64,000 bases of DNA, taken from assembly GCA_903885795.1 (NCBI GenBank), contig CAISJV010000052.1, forward strand, positions 4,592 to 68,591. The letters are read 5' to 3'. Made by a program: the position numbers and the translations under genes. The stretch comes from an uncultured delta proteobacterium. Lineage in GTDB: Bacteria; Desulfobacterota; Syntrophia; Syntrophales; UBA8958. Of the stretch, positions 50,604-60,419 are shown piece after piece; position 1 is the stretch's first letter; the number at the start of each line of letters is the position of its first letter. The notes below the pieces were generated by a model. That model did not search any database and was not told the DNA's origin. It saw only the letters and a list, made by a program, of their open reading frames with translations.

Positions 50604-52459
50604 CCGAAGGATTTTTGTTCCAGGCCCTCGTCTATCTGACCGCGGCCATTGTCTGCGTACCCATCGCCAAGCGCCTGGGTATGGGCTCGGTCCTGGGTTA
50701 CCTGTTGGCGGGTATCGTCATTGGACCCTACGCCCTCGGCTTTATCGGCAGAGAAGGTCAGAATATCATGCACTTCGCCGAGTTCGGCGTTGTCATGATG
50801 CTCTTTTTAATCGGCCTCGAACTGGAGCCTTCTCATTTCTGGGGGATGCGTCATCGTATCCTTGGCATGGGATCTGCCCAGATTATCATTACGTCACTGG
50901 TCCTATGTGCCGGGATGATGCTGCTCGACTTCAACTGGAAGACGGCCCTTGCTTCCAGCCTTGCCTTGGCCATGTCTTCGACGGCAATTGTGCTGCAATC
51001 CCTGAAAGAGAAGGGCCTCGGGGATACAACGGCGGGAAAGAGTTCTTTTGCCGTCCTCCTTTTTCAGGATATCACCGTGATCCCCATCCTCGCCCTGCTG
51101 CCCCTGCTGGCCGTATCCACGGGCCACGATACGGGGGGTCAGGGCAAGGCGATCCTGGAAGGATTGCCGGGATGGCTGCAGACGGCGGCAGTTCTTGGCG
51201 CCGGAGGGTCAGTCGTTCTGGCCGGGCGTTTTGTTGTCGTGCCCTTTCTGCGGGTGGTGGCCAGGACCCATTTGCGGGAACTCCTCACCGCCGCCGCCCT
51301 GCTGATCGTGATTTCGACCGCCTTCCTGATGCAACTGGTCGGGCTGAGTCCGGCCCTGGGGACCTTTCTGGCCGGGGTTGTTCTTGCCAACAGTGAATTC
51401 CGCCATGAACTGGAAAGCGATATCGAACCCTTCAAAGGCTTGCTTCTCGGTCTGTTCTTCATCGCCGTCGGGGCCTCCATAAACTTCAAACTCCTTATTG
51501 ACTCACCGCTGCAGATCATTTCCCCGGTTTTCGCCGTTATTACCATTAAAACCATTGTCCTCATCGGAACGGGAAGGCTCTTCAAAATAACCTTTGACCA
51601 GAACCTCATTTTTGCCCTGGGTTTATCCCAGGTCGGAGAATTCGCCTTTGTCCTTTTTGGTTTCATGCATCAACTACAGATCATGCCGGACCACCTTACG
51701 GATATAATGATGGCCGTCACCGCCTTCAGCATGACCACTACGCCGCTGCTGCTTTTCATCAGTGAGCGATTTATCCTCCACCGTTTCGGAACCCTGGAGG
51801 CGGAGGCAAAGGAAGCGGACATAATCGATGTCCAGCACCCGGTAATTATCGCCGGGTTCGGCGATTTCGGAAGCACGATCGGACGTTTCCTCCGGGCCAA
51901 CGGGATTGCAGCGACCATCCTCGATAATGATTCCGATCGCGTCGATCTGCTGAGAAAGATGGGCTTCAAGGTTTTCTACGGGGACGCCGCCCGGCCCGAT
52001 ATCCTCAAATCAGCAGGGGCGGACGCCGCCCGTGTTCTTATTACCGCCGTATCAGATCCGTCCACCAACTATGATCTCGTCAAGAAAATACAAAAACACT
52101 ATCCCCATCTAACCATTATGGTCAGAACAAAAGACCGGCAGGACGCCTACGAAATTCTCGATATGGGTGTAAAAGACGTGTACCGGGAATCCCTCGACAC
52201 CTCAATCCGTCTGGGGGTCGATGTCCTGGTTAAATTGGGATACCGGCGCTACTCTGCTACCCGGGCTGGACAAAACTTCCTGAAATATGATGAAGCGGCG
52301 CTACTCAAGCTGGCCACGCACCGGCATGATGAAAAGTCATATATCTACAATGCGAGAGAACAAATCATGCTGGAGGAACAGCTCCTCGCCAACGACCGGG
52401 AAGTGAACCCGACCATCAATGACCACGCCTGGGAAAGTGATCTGCGTAAGGAACAATAG
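50600..52459 (+). CDS. kefC: Glutathione-regulated K+ efflux system protein (CPA2 antiporter with KTN/RCK domain)
   Basis: ...GSVLGYLLAGIVIGP..., ...EFGVVMMLFLIGLELEP..., C-terminal ...VIIAGFGDFG... is a Rossmann/KTN domain. The ATGA start overlaps kefG. Confidence 0.9.
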   Translation: MTEGFLFQALVYLTAAIVCVPIAKRLGMGSVLGYLLAGIVIGPYALGFIGREGQNIMHFAEFGVVMMLFLIGLELEPSHFWGMRHRILGMGSAQIIITSLVLCAGMMLLDFNWKTALASSLALAMSSTAIVLQSLKEKGLGDTTAGKSSFAVLLFQDITVIPILALLPLLAVSTGHDTGGQGKAILEGLPGWLQTAAVLGAGGSVVLAGRFVVVPFLRVVARTHLRELLTAAALLIVISTAFLMQLVGLSPALGTFLAGVVLANSEFRHELESDIEPFKGLLLGLFFIAVGASINFKLLIDSPLQIISPVFAVITIKTIVLIGTGRLFKITFDQNLIFALGLSQVGEFAFVLFGFMHQLQIMPDHLTDIMMAVTAFSMTTTPLLLFISERFILHRFGTLEAEAKEADIIDVQHPVIIAGFGDFGSTIGRFLRANGIAATILDNDSDRVDLLRKMGFKVFYGDAARPDILKSAGADAARVLITAVSDPSTNYDLVKKIQKHYPHLTIMVRTKDRQDAYEILDMGVKDVYRESLDTSIRLGVDVLVKLGYRRYSATRAGQNFLKYDEAALLKLATHRHDEKSYIYNAREQIMLEEQLLANDREVNPTINDHAWESDLRKEQ

Positions 52460-52488
52460 GATCAATTAAAAACAAGGTTGCCGCCGGA

Positions 52489-53688
52489 CTATTTTCTAAG
52501 CAGGCTTTTCAATTCAACGCCTGTCCAATCCTGAAAACCTGGGACTTTTAACCATATCTGCAAAGAATCCGGTACGGTAATGATTTGATATGCCGTGCGG
52601 ATACTGCCTCCGATAGGCCAAGTTGCACCGCCATCATTCATGGGAGTATCAAGGATCTCTTTCATTATCTCTAAATTGATTTTACCCTTGTTTTTATGTC
52701 CCAGGGCCAGCAGATTTTCCCGTCTGCGGACCGTTTCAAAACCGGCGTTGTCATGCAGCACAATTCCCCATGATGGGTCGGTAAAATGGTTGGTCGTTAC
52801 CAGCAGTCCTCCCGTGTCGCCGCTTCGCCGGCGATGTTCAAACGGCGCCCATTCATAGGAGATTCCCCGTGACTTGTCGGCCGCATTGATGATGAAGGCA
52901 AAGTCTGTTCTGGTTGTATTGAAAAAAGCATCTAACTGATCCATGCTGCCATAATCGTTAAGAGAAGCCAGCAGACTAACGATAGCCGGCACACGATTGG
53001 AATAACTAAGGGTGCCGCCGGAGGGAAGTCCGTTATTGAGTTGCAGATATATGCCTTCTGCATTCAATCCGGTAGTCGCGTAAATGACACCGGCAAAGGT
53101 AACGATCGCGTTGGGAATTCCTGAATCAGGATTGAAAACGGTTACGGTGAGAGTTTGTGCAAATTCAACATATTTCTCAAACCAATCATAATTCCTTCCC
53201 ACAATGAGGGGTTTATTTTTTGTATAGTCCCCCCAGGCAATGATTCCCGAGCATCCCGACATCGAGCCATAAACCTCAATAGCATTGAGCATAATTTGCT
53301 CGTCTAAGGAAAGCCCGGAAGTTTCCGCCATACCTGTAATAATATCTTTAAAACGCTGGGGATAAAACTGATACAAAGATATTGCGTTCTTTTTCATGGC
53401 ATCGGCAGAAAGGCCTTTGTGCTTTTGAAAATATTCCACAACGGCATTTTGATACAGGCTTTTTAATTCACCGCTTAACAGGTATCCATATTGACGCCCC
53501 ATCTGATGATAACTGCCATGGAGAGCCAGTATATTAATTTTTCCGCTCCGGTAATGGTTACCCCCTTCAAAGGATGAGATTAATTTTATCCCGGCTGATT
53601 CAGGTATAGGTTGTGCGTACAGACAATTAGTTGCAGAAATGAGCAGGATAAACAGGACAAGTAATATTCTATTCGGCATTGCATGCAT
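52489..53688 (-). CDS. Secreted peptidase C45 / acyl-CoA:6-APA acyltransferase-like Ntn hydrolase
   Basis: Signal peptide ...LLVLFILLISATNCLYA. ...GSMSGCSGIIAWGD...PLIVGRNYDW... carries the candidate nucleophile Cys. Confidence 0.65.
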   Translation of the reverse strand: MHAMPNRILLVLFILLISATNCLYAQPIPESAGIKLISSFEGGNHYRSGKINILALHGSYHQMGRQYGYLLSGELKSLYQNAVVEYFQKHKGLSADAMKKNAISLYQFYPQRFKDIITGMAETSGLSLDEQIMLNAIEVYGSMSGCSGIIAWGDYTKNKPLIVGRNYDWFEKYVEFAQTLTVTVFNPDSGIPNAIVTFAGVIYATTGLNAEGIYLQLNNGLPSGGTLSYSNRVPAIVSLLASLNDYGSMDQLDAFFNTTRTDFAFIINAADKSRGISYEWAPFEHRRRSGDTGGLLVTTNHFTDPSWGIVLHDNAGFETVRRRENLLALGHKNKGKINLEIMKEILDTPMNDGGATWPIGGSIRTAYQIITVPDSLQIWLKVPGFQDWTGVELKSLLRK

Positions 53689-53787
53689 AGAAATATCTCC
53701 TATTCAACAATCTATGGTGATGTTGCTCTTGATAACCTTACGGATCTTCCTGATCGTTTCCACTTTATTTCGGACATCCGCCAAAGG

Positions 53788-55650
53788 TTAATCGTCATGG
53801 ATGGAAAGCCTGTTCAGCGACACTGCCAGCATGGTTACATCGTCTGATACCGGTGCGCCCTGGGTGAAGCTGTCGATTGCCTCACGAATGCCTTGAATCA
53901 CCTCCCTGGCCGGTTTACCCTTCAGGTCGTTAAGCGCCCGCATAGTCCGGTCATCGCCGAAGAGTTCCTCACCGGCATTCATCGCTTCGGTGACGCCGTC
54001 AGTGTACAAGAACAGCATGTCCCCGGGCTGCATGACGATTTTTGAGGCGCAGTAGGGATATCCTTCCATTCCGCCCATGACCAGACTGGGCGAGACATCC
54101 AGAAACTCGAAATCATTCCCCCTGACTGAAAGAAGCGGCGGATTGTGGCCGGCGCTGATGTATTCCAAATCTCCCGTCTGCGGATCAAGGATCGCCATGA
54201 AAATGGTGACGAACATGGTTTCATCGTTTCCGCCGCACAACATGGTGTTGGTCTGCTGAAACACCTGTTCCAACGATGGGTTGAGTGTGGTCTGGTTACG
54301 AAGAATGGTCATGGTGATCACCATGAACAGAGCCGCAGGAACCCCTTTGCCCGACACATCGCCGATGCTGAAGCAAAGGCGACGGTCTTCCAGAACGAAG
54401 AAGTCGAAAAAGTCGCCCCCCACCTCCCGGGCCGGTTCCATGGTTGCATACAGATCCAGATGTTCTATATCGGGAAAGGGCGGGAAGATTCTGGGCAGCA
54501 TGCCGACCTGAATCTTGTGAGCCACACGCAAATCGCTTTCCACTCGCTCTTTCTCAATGGTGATACGCTGCAGGTCGATAATGTAAGCCTTGAGATCGTC
54601 CGTCATTTTGTTGAACGCCTCCGCCAGTTCCTGAATCTCGTCACCGGTGCGAATATCCATTACATGATTAAGATTGCCGGTACTGACGAAGCCGACCCCT
54701 TCTCGCAATACCCGTATCGGCTCCGTGATCTTTTGGGAAATCACGGCCACCAGAGCAAGCATGGCCGCCAGCATGCCGGCCATCAGCCACGCTATCTGCC
54801 GTATAAGTCTTTCCGGCCGTTCCATGAGCTCCGACTGCTCCATTTCAATGCCGAATGTCCAACCCGGCGTATTTGGGATGGGGTTGAAGATCGTAACCAC
54901 ACGCGTGCCGTCCGGCCGAGTAAAACTTCCCTGACCCGCCTCTCCCTTGATGATTCTTCTGCCGATCTCCTCCAATCCCTGATAGCCAACCTTCGCGGAG
55001 TGCATTATGTTGAGCTTCATGGGCAGGTCGGGATTGGGATGGGCCACGCACAAGCCCGTTCCGTCGGTAATCCAGCCGGCCCCGCTCTCACCGATGTTGA
55101 TCGTTTTCGCAATCCCCGATATTGTCTTTAACGTGACCGTTGCGGCGGCGATGCCTATCCGCTCACCTTGTTCATTGATCACGACGTTGGCGACGGCAAA
55201 CATGTTCTCGCCTGTCGAGTAGGAAAGGAGGGGATTGCTGATGGTATACTCCTGCCCCTGTTCCATGATCGCCTTCCAATAAGCCCGGTCGGCGATACTG
55301 CCCGTAGCACCCTTGGTGGTTATATAGCGCCCCGCAGCATCGGCAAAGAACACAACCTCGAAATCAGGATTGATGGCCTTCGCCTGCTTGATCAGCGATC
55401 TGCGAATGGCATCGTAATCGCCGGAGCGCATGAGATCGCTTCCGGCAATATTCTTCACTTCACTAAGATAACCCTGAATCAGTCGTCCCATTTCGGCCGA
55501 ACGGGCCTTGAGCACTTCCTGGGATAGATCTCTGGTCAGTGGGATAACAGTGTCCTTGATGTGGGCATAGGTTGTAACCCCTACGAAAATCATAAGCACG
55601 CCCAAAGTCAGTCCGAACCACATCAGCATCTTTGCGCGAATTGATTTCAT
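53788..55650 (-). CDS. dCache-HAMP-PP2C (SpoIIE-type) sensor serine phosphatase
   Basis: TM, then a periplasmic double-Cache-like region (...ADRAYWKA...), a second TM, HAMP (...GDEIQELAEAFNKM...), and PP2C (...REVGGDFFDF..., ...IGDVSGKG..., ...LYTDGVTEA..., ...SDDVTMLAV). The ATG at 55650 has GGGAGAAG upstream. Confidence 0.85.
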   Translation of the reverse strand: MKSIRAKMLMWFGLTLGVLMIFVGVTTYAHIKDTVIPLTRDLSQEVLKARSAEMGRLIQGYLSEVKNIAGSDLMRSGDYDAIRRSLIKQAKAINPDFEVVFFADAAGRYITTKGATGSIADRAYWKAIMEQGQEYTISNPLLSYSTGENMFAVANVVINEQGERIGIAAATVTLKTISGIAKTINIGESGAGWITDGTGLCVAHPNPDLPMKLNIMHSAKVGYQGLEEIGRRIIKGEAGQGSFTRPDGTRVVTIFNPIPNTPGWTFGIEMEQSELMERPERLIRQIAWLMAGMLAAMLALVAVISQKITEPIRVLREGVGFVSTGNLNHVMDIRTGDEIQELAEAFNKMTDDLKAYIIDLQRITIEKERVESDLRVAHKIQVGMLPRIFPPFPDIEHLDLYATMEPAREVGGDFFDFFVLEDRRLCFSIGDVSGKGVPAALFMVITMTILRNQTTLNPSLEQVFQQTNTMLCGGNDETMFVTIFMAILDPQTGDLEYISAGHNPPLLSVRGNDFEFLDVSPSLVMGGMEGYPYCASKIVMQPGDMLFLYTDGVTEAMNAGEELFGDDRTMRALNDLKGKPAREVIQGIREAIDSFTQGAPVSDDVTMLAVSLNRLSIHDD

Positions 55651-55892
55651 ATGCTTCTCCCTGAGGCCGAGTTTGATAGCATTTACAATATCTTTCTTCA
55701 AGAAAAAGAAGTGATGATAGATGGTCCATTTCATCATCAACATTATTAATTTCCTCCTGGCATTGAGCGACTGAACGGGATATTATTGCGATGCCTCGGG
55801 ATGAAGCGCCACAAGAATTTCAGCGGACGAAAAAAACGGTTGAGGCGTGAAGAAACAGCATCCTGAAGATAAACAATCAATGGAGGTGACTA

Positions 55893-56222
55893 ATGTCGAT
55901 GAATATGGTGGAACGGTTTGATGATGTCAGTGTGATCTGCAAGGCAAATATCTATTTTGACGGGAAGGTGATCAGTCATACGATTCTCTTCAAGGATGGC
56001 AAGAAAAAGACCGTGGGAGTGATCTTTCCCGGTTTATTTACCTTCAATACGGATGCACCGGAAAGAATGGAGATCATCGCCGGTAGTTGTCGAGCTAAGC
56101 AGTCCGGATCTGATCACTGGGCTCCCTACGGGCCCGGAACATTTTTTCTGGTACCGGGCAAGTCGTCATTTGAAATTGCCGTGGACGAAGGAGTTGCGGA
56201 ATATGTCTGCTCGTTCGAATAA
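55893..56222 (+). CDS. ppnP: Pyrimidine/purine nucleoside phosphorylase (UPF0345/PpnP)
   Basis: ...KANIYFDGKV.SHT..F.DG.KKT.GV..PG..TFNT...E.MEII.G......G...W..Y..G..F.VPG.S.FEI.V....YVC. Confidence 0.85.
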   Translation: MSMNMVERFDDVSVICKANIYFDGKVISHTILFKDGKKKTVGVIFPGLFTFNTDAPERMEIIAGSCRAKQSGSDHWAPYGPGTFFLVPGKSSFEIAVDEGVAEYVCSFE

Positions 56223-56514
56223 GGGAAGGTCCCTGGATTATCCCCTTTATGAGCGGATGAAGAAAAAGGCGCCCCAGGCGGCCAAATATTGGCTGATCGG
56301 GGATCGCCTCTTTCACGCCGGTCTGTTTCTGACCATGATGAGTATCCCGGCGTTGTTTTTTGCCTACACTCAGACAGGATTAAAGGGGATATTTATTTGG
56401 ATAATTGGGGCTTTGGCAGGATCGGTGGGAATTTTCGGATTTGGAATTTACTTCAAAAGGGAATCATATAAACTGGCCATCAAAGCCGGGATTGACATTA
56501 ATAAACTATCCTGA
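56203..56514 (+). CDS. Small two-TM membrane protein (103 aa)
   Basis: MSARSNKGRSLDYPLYERMKKK... followed by two hydrophobic helices. It overlaps the ppnP 3' end by 20 nt. The ORF-track upstream extension overlaps ppnP in another frame. Confidence 0.5.
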   Translation: MSARSNKGRSLDYPLYERMKKKAPQAAKYWLIGDRLFHAGLFLTMMSIPALFFAYTQTGLKGIFIWIIGALAGSVGIFGFGIYFKRESYKLAIKAGIDINKLS

Positions 56515-56520
56515 CGGGTA

Positions 56521-57291
56521 CTATATAGCCTCGATTTTTTTAATCATTTTCGTCAGGGCGGCGACATCGCCGCTGGAGAGTAACGTCTGAAGTTCATTGA
56601 AATTATTCCCGTATGAAGTCAGGAGTTTATCCGTATTGGGATTCCCGGCGATAAGATGGGCGTAGAGGTCAGGATGGGTGCTGATCCGGCTCAGATGATC
56701 GAGCCGTTCCCGGAAGACAGGTGTGGAAAAGCGTCGCAGCTCCTGAGGTGAGACGCCCGACCCGGCCATGGTTAGTCCCAGCATGACGGTGTTGAAGTGA
56801 TTCAAGCCCTGGACGAGAGCCATCATCTTGTCATGCCCCTCCGGCGTGGTCTCCACAAGGTTAGCCCCGTTCTTCTCCATGATGTCCTTCAACCAGGGCA
56901 GCCAGCGTTCTCCCCGAGCGGGGCAGACCGCGATGTTTTGGCCATCCAGAGAGGCAACGCGGGGTCCGAAGAGGGGATGGAGGCCGATGACCTCGGAAAC
57001 GGAGGCATCCAGCATGGCCCGGACGGGAGCCTCCTTCAGGGAGGTGAGGTCCATGAGGACTGATTCGCGGGGCATGCAGGGGCCTATCTTCCGGATTACT
57101 TGATCCGTCGCTTCTATGGGGACGCTTACGATGACCACCGGGCAATCCGCCGCCATCTGACGTGGGCCCGGGCCGCTACTACGGCCCGATATCTGTACGG
57201 AATAACCTTCCTGCTGAAAAAAGTAGGCAAACCACTTGCCCATCCCGCCCGTGCCGCCGATGATCCCGATCGGAAATCTATCTGATCTCAA
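56521..57291 (-). CDS. tyrA: Prephenate dehydrogenase
   Basis: ...IGIIGGTGGMGKWFA... (NAD fold), ...GLHPLFGP..., ...HDKMMALVQGLNH... Confidence 0.85.
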   Translation of the reverse strand: MRSDRFPIGIIGGTGGMGKWFAYFFQQEGYSVQISGRSSGPGPRQMAADCPVVIVSVPIEATDQVIRKIGPCMPRESVLMDLTSLKEAPVRAMLDASVSEVIGLHPLFGPRVASLDGQNIAVCPARGERWLPWLKDIMEKNGANLVETTPEGHDKMMALVQGLNHFNTVMLGLTMAGSGVSPQELRRFSTPVFRERLDHLSRISTHPDLYAHLIAGNPNTDKLLTSYGNNFNELQTLLSSGDVAALTKMIKKIEAI

Positions 57292-57343
57292 TTGAATTTA
57301 TACCTCGCTAATGGTTTTTTCTCCGATGAAAGAGCTAACATCC

Positions 57344-58420
57344 TCAGATTGCCGATGTTGCCGGAATCCTGGTAACGGCCCGCTGCCGCAGGAGATGATC
57401 GACCAGGACCAGGCAGACCATCGCTTCGCAGACGGGGAGAATCCGGGGAATGACGGACACGTCGTGCCTGCCTTCAATGGTCAGTTTTACGGGATTTCCG
57501 TTTATGTCTACCGTATGCTGCTCCTTAGCGATGGAGGGAATGGGCTTGCAGGCCGCCCGAATCACGAGATCCTGGCCGCTGGCGATCCCCGCCAGGATTC
57601 CTCCGGCATGATTGGCGGCAAATCCGGAAGGAAGGAGCGGGTCATTGCATTGCGAGCCCGTCATGCCCGCCGCGGCAAAACCGGCGCCGATCTCCACTCC
57701 TTTAACCGTACCGATACTCATGAGGGCTTTGGCCAGATCGGCGTCCAGTTTGTCAAAGACGGGGGCGCCGAGACCGGCAGGGCAGCCCTGCACTATTATC
57801 TCCACGATCCCTCCCAAGGTATCCCCCACCTTTTGGGCCTTCTTCAACGCCGCTTCCATTTTTATCGCCCCTACCGGGTCGGGGCAGTTAAAGCGATTCT
57901 GCCCCGCCTCCGTCATGATTCCGACTTCCGCTTTAACGCCGCCCAAGGCAATGGTATAGGCCCCGACCATGATTCCTTCCCAGGCGAGGACTTTCCTGGC
58001 GATGGCCCCGGCGGCGACCCGGGCGGCCGTTTCCCGTCCCGAAGCCCTTCCCCCACCCCAGTGATCCCGGATGCCGTATTTTTGCGCATAAGTATAATCC
58101 CCATGCCCCGGCCGGAAGACATTCCGGAGCGCATCGTAATCTTTGCTTCTGGTGTCGCGATTCCAGATGATGAGAGAGATGGGCGTTCCCGTCGTCTTTC
58201 CCTCAAAGACCCCCGAGAGGATCTCGACCCGGTCGCCCTCCTTTCGGGGAGATGACGCCTTAGTCTGGCCCGGTTTTCGCCGGTCCAATTCCGTTTGGAT
58301 ATCACCCTCCGTCAATTCCATAAGCGGTGGGCAGCCGTCAATGACCGCTCCGAGGGCGGGACCATGCGACTCCCCCCAGGTGGTGACCCGAAAAAGTACG
58401 CCCGTGGTATTTCCTGACAT
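57344..58420 (-). CDS. aroC: Chorismate synthase
   Basis: ...FRVTTWGESHG.ALG.VIDGCP..., ...RPGHGDYTY..KYG..., ...GGRASGRETA... Confidence 0.95.
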   Translation of the reverse strand: MSGNTTGVLFRVTTWGESHGPALGAVIDGCPPLMELTEGDIQTELDRRKPGQTKASSPRKEGDRVEILSGVFEGKTTGTPISLIIWNRDTRSKDYDALRNVFRPGHGDYTYAQKYGIRDHWGGGRASGRETAARVAAGAIARKVLAWEGIMVGAYTIALGGVKAEVGIMTEAGQNRFNCPDPVGAIKMEAALKKAQKVGDTLGGIVEIIVQGCPAGLGAPVFDKLDADLAKALMSIGTVKGVEIGAGFAAAGMTGSQCNDPLLPSGFAANHAGGILAGIASGQDLVIRAACKPIPSIAKEQHTVDINGNPVKLTIEGRHDVSVIPRILPVCEAMVCLVLVDHLLRQRAVTRIPATSAI

Positions 58421-58438
58421 ATTCTTCCTCTCCTGTTT

Positions 58439-58951
58439 CTACTCCGTCATGATTTCAGACGCAACTTCATCAACCGAGCGCCCGGTGGTATCTATGACCC
58501 GGTCGGCAACCAACCGATAGACAGGTTCCCGTTCTCTCAGCAAAAGATCAATCTCCGCGTCGCTATCCGTTCCGGAAAGGGAGGGACGTTGTTCATTACT
58601 CACCCCATCGTTCCTCAGACGTCCCGCGATGGTTGCCCCATCAGCCGTCAGCCAGAGGAAGAACCCGTTCCGTTTGAGTTCTTTCACGTTTTGCTGATCA
58701 AGGACGGCGCCGCCGCCCAAAGCGATTACACACCCTTTCCTCCCGGCAAGTTCCTCGACAGCACTTCTTTCCAGCGTGCGGAATGCCTCCCATCCCCCGT
58801 CGGCGACGATTTCCCGAATCGTTTTTCCTGAGCGCGCCTGTATCAAAGCGTCGGTATCGAAAAACGGGCGCTTTAACTTTTCTGCCACAATCCTGCCGAC
58901 CGCGGTCTTTCCACAGCCGCGATATCCCATCAAGATGATATTCATAATCAT
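58439..58951 (-). CDS. aroK: Shikimate kinase
   Basis: NIILMGYRGCGKTAVGR..., ...FFDTD..., ...IALGGGAV... Confidence 0.9.
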   Translation of the reverse strand: MIMNIILMGYRGCGKTAVGRIVAEKLKRPFFDTDALIQARSGKTIREIVADGGWEAFRTLERSAVEELAGRKGCVIALGGGAVLDQQNVKELKRNGFFLWLTADGATIAGRLRNDGVSNEQRPSLSGTDSDAEIDLLLREREPVYRLVADRVIDTTGRSVDEVASEIMTE

Positions 58952-60225
58952 TTATGGTACAGCTTATCCAGCTCTTTCCAGAAACCAGGGAAAGATTTAT
59001 CCACGCAAGTGGGGTTTTTTATTTTCATTCCCGGGACGGCCAAACCCAAAATGGCAAAGCTCATGGCAATCCGGTGATCGTTGTACGTATCAATTTCCGC
59101 GCCCCGGGGTTGCCCCCCGGTAATGATAAGGCTGTCCGGACGTTCTTCAACCTGTATCCCCGTTTTTCTCAGTTCCGTAGCCATGGCCGCAAGGCGGTCG
59201 CTTTCTTTCAGGCGCAGATGGACCACATTGGCGATGACCGTCCGTCCCGGTCGCAATGCGGAGAGAGCGGCCAGCGTGGGGACCATGTCGGGCATATTCT
59301 TGAGATCGAAGACAAGGTCTCCTCCGGGAAGAGGCCGGCCTGTGAGCTCAACCCCTTTTCCCTTCCGATTAACTATACAGCCTGCATCTTCCAGGAGGGA
59401 AAGGAAGCCGATATCACCCTGCAGGCTTTGGAGATGGACGTTTTCGACCCGGATCTTTCCCTGGCAGAGGGCGGCGGCCAGGAAAAAATAGGAAGCGCTG
59501 GAGACGTCGCCTTCAATCCGGCAGCTTATTCCCCGATAGCGCTGACCCCCTTTTACGCTGTAACGGTGTGGAATTGCTGCTTGCACTTCCATGCCAAATT
59601 CCTTCATGGCCGCGACGGTCATGTTGACATATGGCAGGGACGGGATGCGACCGGCCAATTCGATGTGCGTGTCGCCTGCGGCATAGGGGGCGGAGATCAG
59701 GAGGGCCGAGATGTACTGGCTGCTTTCGATGTCCCGGAGGATTACCGTTCCCCCCCGCAGCCCCGACGTCCGGATAAGAACGGGGGGATAGCCTTCCCGG
59801 TCGCGGCCCCGGGCATCAACGCCGAGTTTTCTCAGGGCCGCAAGAAGTGGTTCAAGGGGTCTTTCCCGCAGACGCTCGCTTCCCGTGAGGGTGAAAGTCC
59901 CCGGGCCGATGGCAACCAGGCCGGTCAGGATGCGCATAGCCGTGCCGTTGTTCCCCAGATAAAGCTCTTTGCCCGGATCGGCCAGGCGGCCTCCGGCACC
60001 GGCGATGTATAAATCCCCGTCGCGGCTGCTGATGTCCGCACCCAGAGATTTCAGGGCGGCGATGAGATAAGATGTGTCCTCCGACTCAAGAGGGTTGTGG
60101 AGGATGGATTCCCCGGCGGCAATGGCCGCCAGAATTATTGCCCGCTGTGTATGGCTCTTGGAGCCGGGCATGACTACCTCCGCCTCCAGGGGATGAGATA
60201 GCGGCTTAATTTCTATTGTTTCCAT
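58948..60225 (-). CDS. aroA: 3-phosphoshikimate 1-carboxyvinyltransferase (EPSP synthase)
   Basis: ...PGSKSHTQRA..., ...LYLGNNGTAMR..., ...DHRIAMSFA... I prefer the ATG at 60225 (GGTGA upstream) over the TTG at 60228. Confidence 0.95.
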   Translation of the reverse strand: METIEIKPLSHPLEAEVVMPGSKSHTQRAIILAAIAAGESILHNPLESEDTSYLIAALKSLGADISSRDGDLYIAGAGGRLADPGKELYLGNNGTAMRILTGLVAIGPGTFTLTGSERLRERPLEPLLAALRKLGVDARGRDREGYPPVLIRTSGLRGGTVILRDIESSQYISALLISAPYAAGDTHIELAGRIPSLPYVNMTVAAMKEFGMEVQAAIPHRYSVKGGQRYRGISCRIEGDVSSASYFFLAAALCQGKIRVENVHLQSLQGDIGFLSLLEDAGCIVNRKGKGVELTGRPLPGGDLVFDLKNMPDMVPTLAALSALRPGRTVIANVVHLRLKESDRLAAMATELRKTGIQVEERPDSLIITGGQPRGAEIDTYNDHRIAMSFAILGLAVPGMKIKNPTCVDKSFPGFWKELDKLYHK

Positions 60226-60251
60226 CAATTTTCACCTTTAATGGACATATT

Positions 60252-60290
60252 CAATCTTGATGAACCCGTAAAAAGTCAAAATATAGGCCA
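60252..60290 (-). repeat. Conserved ~35-nt intergenic motif (copy 2) upstream of the aroA RBS
   Basis: See 45831-45866. Confidence 0.6.
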
Positions 60291-60297
60291 TAATCGG

Positions 60298-60419
60298 CGG
60301 CTTCGTAAAAAACTCCGCAGGCAAAACGCGCAAAGCCTGAGTCATGAGGCGTACTTGGCGTACGCCGCAGTGACGAAGGATGCAGCACAACGCAGCATCC
60401 GGAGCTTTTTACGAAGCCG
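60298..60419. repeat. 122-bp palindromic hairpin element D inside the aro operon
   Basis: The terminal arms cggcttcgtaaaaaactccg / cggagctttttacgaagccg pair at 19/20. Three internal hairpins are present (CAGGC..GCCTG; GGCGTAC-ttggc-GTACGCC; GGATGC..GCATCC). It abuts the aroE stop codon. Confidence 0.85.

Noticed and set aside
54145-55131. Long antisense or alternative-frame ORFs inside strongly supported genes (also 19439-20413, 50461-51396, 57311-58255, 58954-60012, 63023-63883, 27783-28463)
   Set aside because: Each lies entirely within a gene with an unambiguous family signature (PP2C sensor, pyk, kefC, aroC, aroA, aroB, fbaB). Each has Arg/Gly/Pro-rich composition and no RBS or recognisable motif.
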